NCBI GenBank assembly: GCA_963832165.1
Contig: CAWHTE010000004.1
Coordinates: forward strand, 352,001 to 416,000
DNA from: an uncultured delta proteobacterium
Lineage (GTDB): Bacteria; Myxococcota_A; UBA9160; SMWR01
DNA: 64,000 nucleotides
Reading direction: 5' to 3'
Positions 51,362-61,028 of the stretch are shown piece by piece. Within the stretch, counting starts at the first letter, position 1. Every line of letters begins with the position of its first letter. Under the pieces are notes generated by a model. It was not told the DNA's origin. It searched no databases and saw nothing but the letters and a program-made list of their open reading frames with translations. A program made the position numbers and the translations under genes.

Positions 51362-52539
51362 ATGGATTTCGATCTGGGAGCAGAAGAGCTCGCGTTCCAG
51401 CGCGAGGTGGAGGCGTTCCTGTCCGCGAACGCCTCGCCCGACGTGATGGACGCGAACCCCGAGCAGCTCTCGCAGACCGTCGACACGCCGGCCAAGCGCG
51501 CGTTCATGCGCAAGCTGGCCGAGCGCGGCTGGCTCGGCATGTCGTGGCCGAAGCGGTTCGGCGGCCAGGAGAAGAGCGGGATCTACGACTTCATCCTGAC
51601 CGAGGCGCTCTCGCGCCGGGGCGCGCCCCAGCCCGGCAAGGGCGTCGGCATCGTCGGCAAGACGATCATCCGGAACGGCAACGAGAAGCTCAAGCAGTAC
51701 TTCCTGCCGCGCATCATCCGCGGCGAGATCGAGTTCGCGATCGGCTACAGCGAGCCGCAGGCCGGCTCCGACGCCGCGAACATGCAGCTGCGCGCGCCGA
51801 GAAGGTGGAGGGCGGCTGGAAGCTCGACGGCCGCAAGATCTGGACCACGTCGGCGCACTTCGCCGATTGGTACTGGGTGGGCGCGCGCACGGATGCGACC
51901 CAGAAGCATCACGGCATCACGCTGTTCCTCGTCGAGATGAACCACCCGGGACTCACGATCCACCCGACCTGGACGATCGGCGACGAGCGCACCAACGAGG
52001 TGTTCTTCGACGACGTGTTCGTGGGCGACGATTTCGTCGTGGGCGAGGTGAACCGCGGCTGGACCTACATCTGCGAGGCGCTCGACCTCGAGCGCTTCGC
52101 GATGATGCCGGTGGGCCCGCTCGAGACGAAGGTCGAGGCGCTCGTGGGCTGGGCGCGCGAGGCCGCGCGCGACGGCGCGCCCGTGCGCCGCGACGCGCGC
52201 GTGCGGCGCTCCGTCGCCCAGGCGGCCACCCAGCTCGAGGTGGCGCGCATGCTCCAGCGCCGCGTGATCAGCGAGGCGCTCAAGGACCGCGTGCCGACGG
52301 TGCAGTCGTCGCAGTACAAGCTGTTCATGAACGAGCTCGGGCAGCGCGTCGCGAACGCGGCGCTCGATCTGCTGGGCGCCGAGGCGCAGCTCAAGCCCGG
52401 CAACCCCGATGCACCGATCGGGGGCCGGTTCGAGCGCTCGTACCGCTACACCGTGGTCGACACGATCGGCGGCGGAACGTCGGAGATCCAGAAGAACATC
52501 ATCGCTCGGCGAGGGCTGGGCCTCCCGCCGACTTACTGA
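51362..52539 (+). CDS. Acyl-CoA dehydrogenase (FadE26/FadE29-like), frameshift near 51797
   Basis: GWLGMSWP, FAIGYSEPQAGSDAA, KIWTTSAHFAD, NEVFFDDV, IGGGTSEIQKNIIA. Confidence 0.9.
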
Positions 52540-52567
52540 TTTTCTCGCTGGTCCGCGAAGAGCGCGA

Positions 52568-53428
52568 TCAGCGCGTTCGCGACCGCCGCGCTGCGGTGCC
52601 CGCGATCAGCGTGCCGAGGCCGAAGATCAGCGCAGCGCTCGGCTCGGGGGCGGTCGGGGGATCAGTGCTCAAGAGCACCTTCCACTCCTCGAAGCCGTCC
52701 GCGGCGCGCGAGCTCTCGTTGTACCAGTAGAAGTACTGGCCGTCGAGGTTGTCGAACTCCGACAGCGGGATCAGGATCGCGAAGTCGCCGTGGCCGCTGC
52801 CGCACTGGCCGTTCTGCTTGCAGATGTTGGCGAACAGCTCGATCGTGACGTCGCCGTTGATCGCGCTGTCGAGCGTCCAGACCGCGTCCTCGCCGCCGAG
52901 CTGACCCGTCGCGGTATCGAAGCCCGTCACGTCCGGCGCATCGAGCAGGTAGATCCCCATGTCGTCGAGGTGGAGGTCGAGGAACGCGTTCTGGGAACCG
53001 GTCGGCTCGTTGGCGTCGAGCACGAGCATGATGCAGGTGTCGCCGGATCCGCACGCGACCTGCTCGAGGCTGCTGAACTCGACCGAGTGGGTCCAGTTCG
53101 TGCCGCCGGTCTGACCCTGCTTGGTGTCGAACTCGATCGCGCCGTCGGTGTTGTAGTAGGTCTCCGAGCCTTCCGGGAGGTTGTTCCGGCCGTTGCCGAG
53201 GCGCTGTCCGCGCACGAACGGCTCGAACACGCCGGTTCCCGTCGAGGGATCGGACGGATCGATCCCGTAGAACGTCGTGCCGTCCGGCAGCGTGTATTCG
53301 GTCCCGGCGTTCTGCTTGTCGATCGTCGCCTCGCAATCGAAGCCGCAAGCGACGGCCTGCGCCTGCTCGCCGAGGCAGAACACGGCCAGTGCGGCGGCGA
53401 TCCCAGTGTTGAGGTGAGCGAAACGCAT
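52568..53428 (-). CDS. PEP-CTERM surface protein
   Basis: Signal peptide ..AQA, STGTGVFEPFVR, Cys pairs, APEPSAALIFGLGTLIAGTAARR. Confidence 0.85.
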   Translation of the reverse strand: MRFAHLNTGIAAALAVFCLGEQAQAVACGFDCEATIDKQNAGTEYTLPDGTTFYGIDPSDPSTGTGVFEPFVRGQRLGNGRNNLPEGSETYYNTDGAIEFDTKQGQTGGTNWTHSVEFSSLEQVACGSGDTCIMLVLDANEPTGSQNAFLDLHLDDMGIYLLDAPDVTGFDTATGQLGGEDAVWTLDSAINGDVTIELFANICKQNGQCGSGHGDFAILIPLSEFDNLDGQYFYWYNESSRAADGFEEWKVLLSTDPPTAPEPSAALIFGLGTLIAGTAARRSRTR

Positions 53429-53553
53429 GAGCGGACTCCGAGGGGGGAGGTACGGGGGTGTGTGAATTATCCACCACCGCGAGTCCGCGAATCAACCAAA
53501 AAGTGATTCTAAACAGTAACTTACATCATAAACCGGCAAGACGTGCGCAACTT

Positions 53554-54516
53554 CTACGCCGAGATTCCCCAAACTCGCTGGGTCGCGATTCCGATCCCGT
53601 ACGTGATCGCCGCGGCCGCGGCGATGATCACGAGGTTCGTGAGCGCGCGGCGTCGGACGTTCATGCCGGACAGGAACGCGAGGATCACCGACACCGCGAT
53701 GATCACGACGCCCGCGCCGAGCACCGAGGGCAGGGCGCTGTGCGCGCCGAGCGCGATCGGCAGCATCGGCACGAGCGCGCCGGCGAGATAGCTCACGCCG
53801 ACCAGCGCCGCGGAGCCGAGCGGCGACTCGCGGACCTCCTGCGCCGCGTCGGCTTCGCCGAGGAATCGCTGCCGCGCGAGCTCGGTCTCGCGAATTTCCG
53901 ACTCGGAGCTCGTCGCGACGAACGCGCCCGCGGCCATCGAGAGCGAGCCCGCCACGGCGGTGGTGGTGCCCGCGATCAGCACGATCGCGGGATCGCCGAA
54001 CGCGCCGAAGAATCCGCTCACGGCGCCGAGGATCTCGACCAGGCCGTCGTTCAGGCCCAGGAAGATGTTGCGGATGCGCTCCGGGTTGATCCGGCGCTCG
54101 TCGTTGCCGGTCACGACCGCGTCCTCGTGCACGAACTCGTCGCGCAGGATGCCGCGCAGCCCGGGCTCGAGCGCGGTGCCCCGACAGGTCTCCCAGATCG
54201 AGAGGTATTTGCGCACGCCGTACACCTCGATCGCCTCGAGCACGAGGTGGATCGCGGGCGCGCCGAAGATCCGGCACACGGCCACGAGCAGTGCGAGCTC
54301 GAGTCGTCGGCGCACGCCGAGACTGCGGATCTCCAGGCCGAAGAAATCCTGCCAGAACGCGACGTGGCGTCGCTCGATCGGGATCATGCGCTCGAGCACC
54401 GAGCGCAGGTCGCCCGGCGCGACGTCGCGCAGCGCCTCGTAGAGCGCGAGATCGAACAGCTCGTCGAGCACGAGCTGGCGCGCGAGCTTGGGCTCGATCG
54501 GATGCGTCGGCACCAT
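53554..54516 (-). CDS. Rubrerythrin/ferritin-like + VIT1/CCC1 membrane protein
   Basis: E..ERRH and E..EFVH di-iron motifs; RNIFLGLNDGLVE, AGSLSMAAG. Confidence 0.85.
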   Translation of the reverse strand: MVPTHPIEPKLARQLVLDELFDLALYEALRDVAPGDLRSVLERMIPIERRHVAFWQDFFGLEIRSLGVRRRLELALLVAVCRIFGAPAIHLVLEAIEVYGVRKYLSIWETCRGTALEPGLRGILRDEFVHEDAVVTGNDERRINPERIRNIFLGLNDGLVEILGAVSGFFGAFGDPAIVLIAGTTTAVAGSLSMAAGAFVATSSESEIRETELARQRFLGEADAAQEVRESPLGSAALVGVSYLAGALVPMLPIALGAHSALPSVLGAGVVIIAVSVILAFLSGMNVRRRALTNLVIIAAAAAITYGIGIATQRVWGISA

Positions 54517-54519
54517 CGG

Positions 54520-55519
54520 CTAGCCGCCGAGCGCAGCGAGCACGGCGTAGCTGGCGGCACCGATCGCGGCCGAGGCCGGGATCGTGAGGATCCACGCCCA
54601 CACGATCTGTGCGGCGACGCCCCAGCGCACGGCCGAGAGCCTCCGCGTCGCGCCCACGCCCACGATCGCACCCGTGATCGTGTGGGTCGTGCTGATGCCC
54701 ACGCCGAGCGCGGTGGCGGTGTAGATCGCGACCGCGGCGCCGGTCTCGGCGGCGAAGCCCGAGACCGGCTGCAGCTTGGTGATCTTCGTGCCCATCGTGT
54801 GGATGATGCGCCAGCCGCCCGAGAGCGTGCCGAGGCCGATCGCGGCGTGGGCGGCGAGCACGACCCAGAAGGGCACCTCGAAGGTCGCGAGATAGCCCGC
54901 GGTCACGAGCACGCCCGTGATGATGCCCATCGTCTTCTGCGCGTCGTTGGCGCCGTGCATGAGGCTGAAGCCCGCGGCCGAGACGAGCTGCAGGCGGCGG
55001 AACCAGCCGTCCACGCGCTGGGGAGGTGTGTGCGGAATGTCCAGTACAGCGCGGTCATCACGGTGAGTCCGACCGCGAGGCCGATCGCGGGCGCGACCAC
55101 GATGAACACGAGCGTCTTGGTCCAGCCCGATGCGATGAGCGCGCCGAAGCCGGCCTTCGCGACCGCCGCGCCCGCATAGCCACCGAACAGCGCGTGCGAG
55201 GAGCTGGTCGGCAGACCGAAGTACCAGGTGATCAGGTCCCACGCGATCGCGCCGAACAGCCCCGCCGCGATCACCGCGAACGTGACGATGCTCGAGGTCG
55301 ATCATCCCGGAGCCGACCGTCTTCGCGACCGCGGTGCCGAAGCCGAACGCCGCGACGAAGTTGAAGAACGCCGCCCACGCCACGGCCTGGCCCGGCGAGA
55401 GCACGCGCGTCGACACCACGGTGGCGATCGAGTTGGCGGCGTCGTGGAAGCCGTTGATGAAGTCGAAGCAGAGCGCGAGCAGGATCAGCGCGCACGACGA
55501 CCAGGAGGGTGGAATCCAT
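54520..55519 (-). CDS. pit: Inorganic phosphate transporter, PiT family (frameshifted)
   Basis: NGFHDAANSIATVVST, GLPTSSSHAL, HGANDAQKTMG, STTHTITGAI across shifted frames. Confidence 0.9.
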
Positions 55520-55534
55520 TCCAGCGGGATCCTG

Positions 55535-56161
55535 TTAGCCGTGCTTGACGAGGATGCCCTCGATCGCGGTGGCAACGTCCTTGCAGCGGTCGGTGGCGCC
55601 CTCGAGCATGTCGAGGATCTCCTTCCACTTGAGGATCACGATCGCGTCGCGCTCGCCGTCGAACAGCTCGCCGACCGCCGCCGCGTAGACGGCGTCGGCC
55701 TGGCTCTCGAGCCGTCCGATCTCGACCACCGGCTCGCTCCCGGCCGTGCGCGCCTCGAGCGCGCCGAGGCCGCGGTGCACCTGCTGGGTGCTGGCCGTGA
55801 TCAAGCGCGCTAGCTCGCGCGCGGCGGGCCGCACCTGCTCGATCCGGTACAGGCGCAGCATGTCGGCCGATGCGTCGATGTCGTCGATCACGTCGTCGAG
55901 CGCGCGCAGCAGCGCGTGGATGTCCTCGCGGTCGATCGGGGTGACGAAGGTGCGGTGCAGCCGCTGGAGCGCGTCGTGCACGATCTGGTCGCAGCGGTGC
56001 TCCACGTCCTTGATCGCCGCGGCCTTTTCCACCACGGGACGGTCCGGAGCGAGCATCTCTTCGAGCAGTTTCGCTCCCTTGCACAGCTCGTCGGCGAGCA
56101 ATACGAAGTCGGCGAAGAAGCGCTCCTCGCGCGGAATCAGTCGGAACCGAAAACGTGCCAT
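55535..56161 (-). CDS. DUF47 (PhoU-like) PiT accessory protein
   Basis: LIPREERFF, EH.CD, TFVTPIDREDI, LE.ATD.C.DVA. Confidence 0.9.
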   Translation of the reverse strand: MARFRFRLIPREERFFADFVLLADELCKGAKLLEEMLAPDRPVVEKAAAIKDVEHRCDQIVHDALQRLHRTFVTPIDREDIHALLRALDDVIDDIDASADMLRLYRIEQVRPAARELARLITASTQQVHRGLGALEARTAGSEPVVEIGRLESQADAVYAAAVGELFDGERDAIVILKWKEILDMLEGATDRCKDVATAIEGILVKHG

Positions 56162-56318
56162 CGGGTCCCCCATCGTTCCCAGGCGCGCGCATTCTATCCG
56201 GCCGAGGGCCCAGGGTCGCGTCTCTGCGGCGCCGCCCATTTGCGATACGCCTCGTATCGTATATGGTCTGGGTGGCCGCCGCGCCGAGCGCGCGCTCCCG
56301 CCGCGAGGAGGACCCCCT

Positions 56319-57503
56319 TTGGACTTCGATTTCACGCCGCAGGAACAGGGGTTTGCCGACGAAGTCGAGAAGTGGCTTCAAGACAACCACGACCCGGTCG
56401 TGATGGACCCGACGCGCGAGAACTTCGCGCAGCTCGCAGACACCCCCGAGCGGCGCGCGTTCATGAAGAAGCTCGCCAACAAGGGTTGGCTCGGCATGTC
56501 GTGGCCCGTGGAGTACGGCGGGCAAGCGATCGAAGGCATCTATGAATTCATCTTGAACGAGGCGCTCGCGCGCCACGCCGCGCCGCAGATCGGCAAGGGC
56601 GTCGGCATCATCGGCAAGACGCTGATCCGCCACGGCAGCGCGAAACTCAAGGCGGAGTTCCTGCCGAAGATCCTCACGGCCGAGATCGAGTTCGCGGTCG
56701 GCTACAGCGAGCCGCAGGCCGGCTCGGACGCCGCGAACATGCAGCTCAAGGCCGAAAAGGTGGAGGGCGGCTGGAAGCTCAACGGCCAGAAGATGTGGAC
56801 GACCTCGGCCCACTTCGCCGACTGGTACTGGGTCGGCGCGCGCACCGATCCGGACAAGAAGAAGCACGACGGCCTGTCGCTGTTCCTGATCCCGATGAAG
56901 CACCCGGGTCTCGAGGTGCAGAGCCTGCCGACGATCGGCAAGGACACGACCAACCAGGTCTTCTTCGAGGACGTGTTCGTGCCCGACGACTATCTCGTCG
57001 GCGAGCGCGGCAAGGGCTTCCAGTACATCTCCGAGGCGCTCGATCTCGAGCGCTTCACGATGTTCACGCTCTCGCCGATCGCCGATCGCACGCGCGTGCT
57101 GATCGACTACGTGAAGCAGGCGAAGCGCGACGATCAGCCGCTCAAGAAGGACCCGAACGTGCGGCGGCTGATCGCGCAGATCGCGACCGACACGGCGGTC
57201 GCCAAGGCGCTCTCGACGCGCTTCGTGTCTGCCGCCAGGACGGCCGGCGCCAAGCCGCCGACCGTGCAGTCGTCGCAGTACAAGCTGTTCACGACGACGC
57301 TCTCGCAGCGCGTGTGCCGGGACGCGCTGGACATCTGCGGCGCGTCGGGCCAGCTCCGCGTGGACCAGGACGACGCGCCGGTGTCGGGACGCTTCGAGGG
57401 CGCCTATCGCGCCACCGTGAACGAGACGGTCGGCGGCGGTTCGTCCGAGATCCAGAAGAACATCATCGCGCGGCGCCACCTGGGGCTGCCGCAGAATTTC
57501 TGA
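56319..57503 (+). CDS. Acyl-CoA dehydrogenase (FadE26/FadE29-like), paralog of 51362
   Basis: GAGGAGG RBS and TTG start; FAVGYSEPQAGSDAA, NGQKMWTT, VGGGSSEIQKNIIA. Confidence 0.92.
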   Translation: MDFDFTPQEQGFADEVEKWLQDNHDPVVMDPTRENFAQLADTPERRAFMKKLANKGWLGMSWPVEYGGQAIEGIYEFILNEALARHAAPQIGKGVGIIGKTLIRHGSAKLKAEFLPKILTAEIEFAVGYSEPQAGSDAANMQLKAEKVEGGWKLNGQKMWTTSAHFADWYWVGARTDPDKKKHDGLSLFLIPMKHPGLEVQSLPTIGKDTTNQVFFEDVFVPDDYLVGERGKGFQYISEALDLERFTMFTLSPIADRTRVLIDYVKQAKRDDQPLKKDPNVRRLIAQIATDTAVAKALSTRFVSAARTAGAKPPTVQSSQYKLFTTTLSQRVCRDALDICGASGQLRVDQDDAPVSGRFEGAYRATVNETVGGGSSEIQKNIIARRHLGLPQNF

Positions 57504-57509
57504 TCGATC

Positions 57510-58682
57510 TTGGCCACTCCCCCCGCACCGCTCGCCGGCGTGACCGTGCTCGACCTCTCCACGGTCGGGCCCGGCACTCGCTGCACGCGCATCCTCGCCG
57601 ACTACGGCGCCGCTGTGGTGAAGGTGGGAGTTCCGCCGAAGAAGTCGGGTCTCCAGACGCAGCCCGCGTTCTGGACCTACTCCGCAAACCGCGGCATGCA
57701 GCAGGTGCGGATCGACTTGAAGGACGCGGGAGGCAAGGCCGCGTTCCTCGCGCTCGTGCGCCGCGCCGACGTGGTCGTGGAGAGCTACCGGCCCGGCGTG
57801 ATGCAGCGCCTGGGCCTGGGCTACGGCGACCTGCGCACACAGAATCCGCGCATCATCGTGTGCTCGACGAGCGGCTACGGGCAGAGCGGTCCCGCCTCAC
57901 AATACGCGGGTCACGACATCAACTACCTCGCCGTCGGCGGCTTCCTGCACACGAGCGGCCGGCGCGGCGACGGCGGACCCCCGATCCCGGGCGCAACGGT
58001 GGCCGACAGCGCTGCGGGAGGCATGCACGCGGCGCTCGCGATTCTCGCGGCGCTCTTGCGCCGCGAGCGCACGGGAGAGGGCGAGTACCTCGACGTGTGC
58101 GTGGCCGAGGGCGTGCTCCAGCTCACCTCGCTCTACATCGACCAGTTTCTCGCCACGGGTGCGAAGCCCGGTCCCGGCCACGACATTTTGACCGGGCGCT
58201 ACGCCTGCTACGACACCTACGCGTGCCGCGACGGCCGCTGGGTGGCGGTCGGCGCGATCGAGCCCGCGTTCTACGCGAATCTGTGCCGGGGGCTCGGCTG
58301 CGAGCAGTGGCTCGCGCACCAGACCGACGACGCGGCGCAGGAGAAGATCCGTGCGGACTTCGCGGCCGCGTTCCGCACCCGCGATCGCGACGACTGGGTG
58401 GCCGACCTCGCGCCCGCCGACACCTGCGTGGCGCCCGTGTACGCGATCGACGAGCTCGTAGAAGATCCGCAGTTCCGCGCGCGCGGCATGTTCGCCGAGG
58501 CGCAGCACCCGACCGCGGGCCGCTTCCGTCAGGTGGCGCCTCCGCTGGCCGGGATGCCGCGCCCGTCCGCACCGATTCCGGTTCCCGATGGATCGCGCAC
58601 CGACACGGATGCGCTGCTCGCGGCTGCGGGGGTCGCGCCCGAGCAGATCGAGCAGATGCGCAGTGCGGGCGTCGTTGCATAG
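57510..58682 (+). CDS. CaiB/BaiF class III CoA-transferase (AMACR-like)
   Basis: LAGVTVLDLS, LADYGA.V.KV, ESYRPGVM.RLGL, GYGQ.GP, AGHDINY. Confidence 0.9.
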   Translation: MATPPAPLAGVTVLDLSTVGPGTRCTRILADYGAAVVKVGVPPKKSGLQTQPAFWTYSANRGMQQVRIDLKDAGGKAAFLALVRRADVVVESYRPGVMQRLGLGYGDLRTQNPRIIVCSTSGYGQSGPASQYAGHDINYLAVGGFLHTSGRRGDGGPPIPGATVADSAAGGMHAALAILAALLRRERTGEGEYLDVCVAEGVLQLTSLYIDQFLATGAKPGPGHDILTGRYACYDTYACRDGRWVAVGAIEPAFYANLCRGLGCEQWLAHQTDDAAQEKIRADFAAAFRTRDRDDWVADLAPADTCVAPVYAIDELVEDPQFRARGMFAEAQHPTAGRFRQVAPPLAGMPRPSAPIPVPDGSRTDTDALLAAAGVAPEQIEQMRSAGVVA

Positions 58683-58722
58683 CGCCCGAAGGGCGCACGC
58701 AGCGAGCCGAAGGCGAGCGAAG
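58682..58722. repeat. REP-like intergenic palindrome
   Basis: GCGCCC-GAA-GGGCGC hairpin followed by GCAGCGAGCCGAAGGCGAGCGAAG. Confidence 0.4.
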
Positions 58723-58748
58723 ATCAAAAAGGTGGGTAAGGAGAAGTC

Positions 58749-59267
58749 ATGACCGAGGGTTCCGATCTGCCGGCCGAAGTCCAGTCCTGGATCGGCCAAC
58801 GCCGCTACGAGCTCGAAGGCGAGTTCGACGTCGAACGCGGCTACATCTTTACGACCTGTGCATCTGTCCGGAACGGCAACCCGATCTTCTGGGACGACAA
58901 GGCCGCGGCCGAGGTCACGGGCGGCCCGATCGCGCCGCCCGCGATGATCTCGGTCTGGTTCCGGCCCCATCACTGGTCGCCGGGCCGCACCGAGCCCGCG
59001 GTGCCGCTCCAGGTGCACTTCGATCTGAAGAAGATCCTCGACCTGCCCGAGGCCGTGATCAGCGACAACACCGTCACGTTCGGCGAGCCGGTACGGCCGG
59101 GCGATCGCCTGCGCACCTGGCAGGTGCTGCGCAACGTCTCCACTCCCAAGAAGACCAAGCTCGGACTCGGCCGCTTCTGGGACATCGAGGTCGAGTACGT
59201 GAATCAGCGCGGTGATTGGGTCGGACGAGAGACCTACACGGGCTTTGGCTACCGGAGGGAAGCGTGA
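58749..59267 (+). CDS. MaoC-like (hot-dog fold) dehydratase subunit
   Basis: NPIFWD, PIAPPAM, F.EPVRPGDRL, YVNQRGD. Confidence 0.82.
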   Translation: MTEGSDLPAEVQSWIGQRRYELEGEFDVERGYIFTTCASVRNGNPIFWDDKAAAEVTGGPIAPPAMISVWFRPHHWSPGRTEPAVPLQVHFDLKKILDLPEAVISDNTVTFGEPVRPGDRLRTWQVLRNVSTPKKTKLGLGRFWDIEVEYVNQRGDWVGRETYTGFGYRREA

Positions 59268-59758
59268 TGGCATACCCGATTCTCTGCGCAGACCGCGTGA
59301 AGCCCGGCGACGCGCTGCCCGAGCTCGCGATCGACGTCGCACCGATCGACGTCGTGCTCGGCGCGCTCGCGAGCCGCGACTGGCGACCGCAGCACCACGA
59401 CTACAAGTACGCGACCGAGCGCAACGGCGTGCGCGACATCTTCATGAACACGCCCAACCTCGCCGCGTGGTTCGAGCGCTACATCACGGACTGGACCGGA
59501 CCGTTCGGGCGCATGGGCTGGATCCGGTTCCGCATGAAGGACTCGGTATTCCCGGGCGAGACGATGGTGTTCCGCGGCACGGTCAAGGGAGTCGAAACCG
59601 ACGACCGCGGCTGCGCGTGGACCGAGCTGGAGCTCGTGCTCACGTCGGGCGGGCGTGAGACCACCGTGTGTACGGCGCGCGTGGCGATCCCCGCGGCCGA
59701 AGGCGACAACCCGTGGAAGCGGCGCGGCGAGGACTGGAAGCCCCGAGCAGCAGCCTGA
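59267..59758 (+). CDS. MaoC-like dehydratase subunit (ChsH1-like)
   Basis: GALASRDWRPQHHD, DIFMN, VFPGE; ATG overlaps upstream stop. Confidence 0.82.
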   Translation: MAYPILCADRVKPGDALPELAIDVAPIDVVLGALASRDWRPQHHDYKYATERNGVRDIFMNTPNLAAWFERYITDWTGPFGRMGWIRFRMKDSVFPGETMVFRGTVKGVETDDRGCAWTELELVLTSGGRETTVCTARVAIPAAEGDNPWKRRGEDWKPRAAA

Positions 59759-59762
59759 TGGA

Positions 59763-59791
59763 GTAGGGCGGGAGAGCGAAGCGATCCCGCC
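59763..59791 (+). repeat. GTAG-family REP element
   Basis: GTAG tetranucleotide then GGCGGGA-GAGCGAAGCGA-TCCCGCC hairpin. Confidence 0.55.
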
Positions 59792-59806
59792 AAACAGGAG
59801 TTTCGA

Positions 59807-60970
59807 ATGGATCTCGATTTCACCGAAGAACAGCACCTGATGCGCGACATGAGCCGCGCGATGCTCGCCGAGCATTGCCCGATCGAGGTGGTCCGCCAGA
59901 TGGAGGACGATCCGAAGGGCTACCCGGACGGCCTCTGGAAGCAGGTCTGCGAGCTCGGGCTCGCGGGCATGCTGATTCCCGAGGCATACGGCGGCTCGGC
60001 GCAGTCGCTGCTCGAAGCCGCGCTCGTGTACGAGGAGTTCGGCCGCGCACTCGCGCCGACCCCGCACTTCGTCTCGTGCGTGCTCGCGGCGCGCATCCTG
60101 CTCGCGGCCGGGAGCGAGGAGCAGAAGAGCGCGTGGGTCGAGCGGATTGCGAGCGGCACGGCGATCGTCTCGCCCGCGTGGCTCGAGCCCGACCGCGGCT
60201 ACGGCCCGGCCGGCGTTGCGCTCGAGGCGCGCGCGGTCGGCGGCGACTTTGCGCTCACGGGCACCAAGCGCCACGTGCACTTCGCGCGCGCGGCGGACCG
60301 CCTGATCGTCCTCGCGCGCACGAAGGACGGCATCGACCTCTTCCTCGTCGACCCGAACGCGCCCGGCGTGACGCTCACGCAGCAGCTCTCGCTGGGCTCC
60401 GATTGTCAGTACCGCGTCGACTTCAAAGACGTGCGTGTGCCCGCGGACTCGCGCATCGGTGCTGCCGGCACCGGCTGGGACACCTGGAGCGAGGTGCTGC
60501 ACGAGGGAATCATCCTGCTCGCGGCGCAGGCGATCGGCGGCGCCGACCGCGCGCTCGAGATCACCGTCGAGTACGCGAAGACGCGCAAGCAGTTCGACAA
60601 GCCGCTCGGCGCGTTCCAGTCGCTCGCGCACTACATGGCCGATACCTCGACGCGCATCGACGGCGGCCGCGTGCTCGTCTACGAGGCTGCGTGGAACCAC
60701 GCGCAGGGGCGCTCGATCGCCAAGCTCGCGCCGATGGCGAAGCTGTTCGCGTGCGAGACCTATCGCGAGGGCACGCGGATCTGCGAGCAGATCTGGGGGG
60801 GTGTCGGCTTCACGATCGAGTACGACATCCAGCTCTTCTTCCGACGCGCGAAGCACCTCCAGCTCTCGTGGTGGGACTCCGCGCACCTCGAGGAGCTGAT
60901 CGCGGTGCAGGAGCTGGAGTCAGGGGAGGGACTTTCGCCGCTAACTATTCGATCTCGATGCTGCTCGTGA
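59807..60970 (+). CDS. Acyl-CoA dehydrogenase, FadE27/FadE28-like partner subunit
   Basis: MDLDFTEEQ, IPEAYGG, EEFGRAL.P.P, R.QFDKPLGAFQ, GGVGFTIEYD. Confidence 0.88.
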   Translation: MDLDFTEEQHLMRDMSRAMLAEHCPIEVVRQMEDDPKGYPDGLWKQVCELGLAGMLIPEAYGGSAQSLLEAALVYEEFGRALAPTPHFVSCVLAARILLAAGSEEQKSAWVERIASGTAIVSPAWLEPDRGYGPAGVALEARAVGGDFALTGTKRHVHFARAADRLIVLARTKDGIDLFLVDPNAPGVTLTQQLSLGSDCQYRVDFKDVRVPADSRIGAAGTGWDTWSEVLHEGIILLAAQAIGGADRALEITVEYAKTRKQFDKPLGAFQSLAHYMADTSTRIDGGRVLVYEAAWNHAQGRSIAKLAPMAKLFACETYREGTRICEQIWGGVGFTIEYDIQLFFRRAKHLQLSWWDSAHLEELIAVQELESGEGLSPLTIRSRCCS

Positions 60971-61028
60971 GATCGGGCGATCCGATCTAGCTCGAAAGCG
61001 TTCGCGATCAGCGGGCGTATAGTCCTTC

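Noticed and set aside
53430..53550. AT-rich stretch as IHF site or sigma70 promoter (TTGATT-N18-GATAAT on minus strand)
   Set aside because: Only partial consensus matches; probably the PEP-CTERM gene promoter but not assignable
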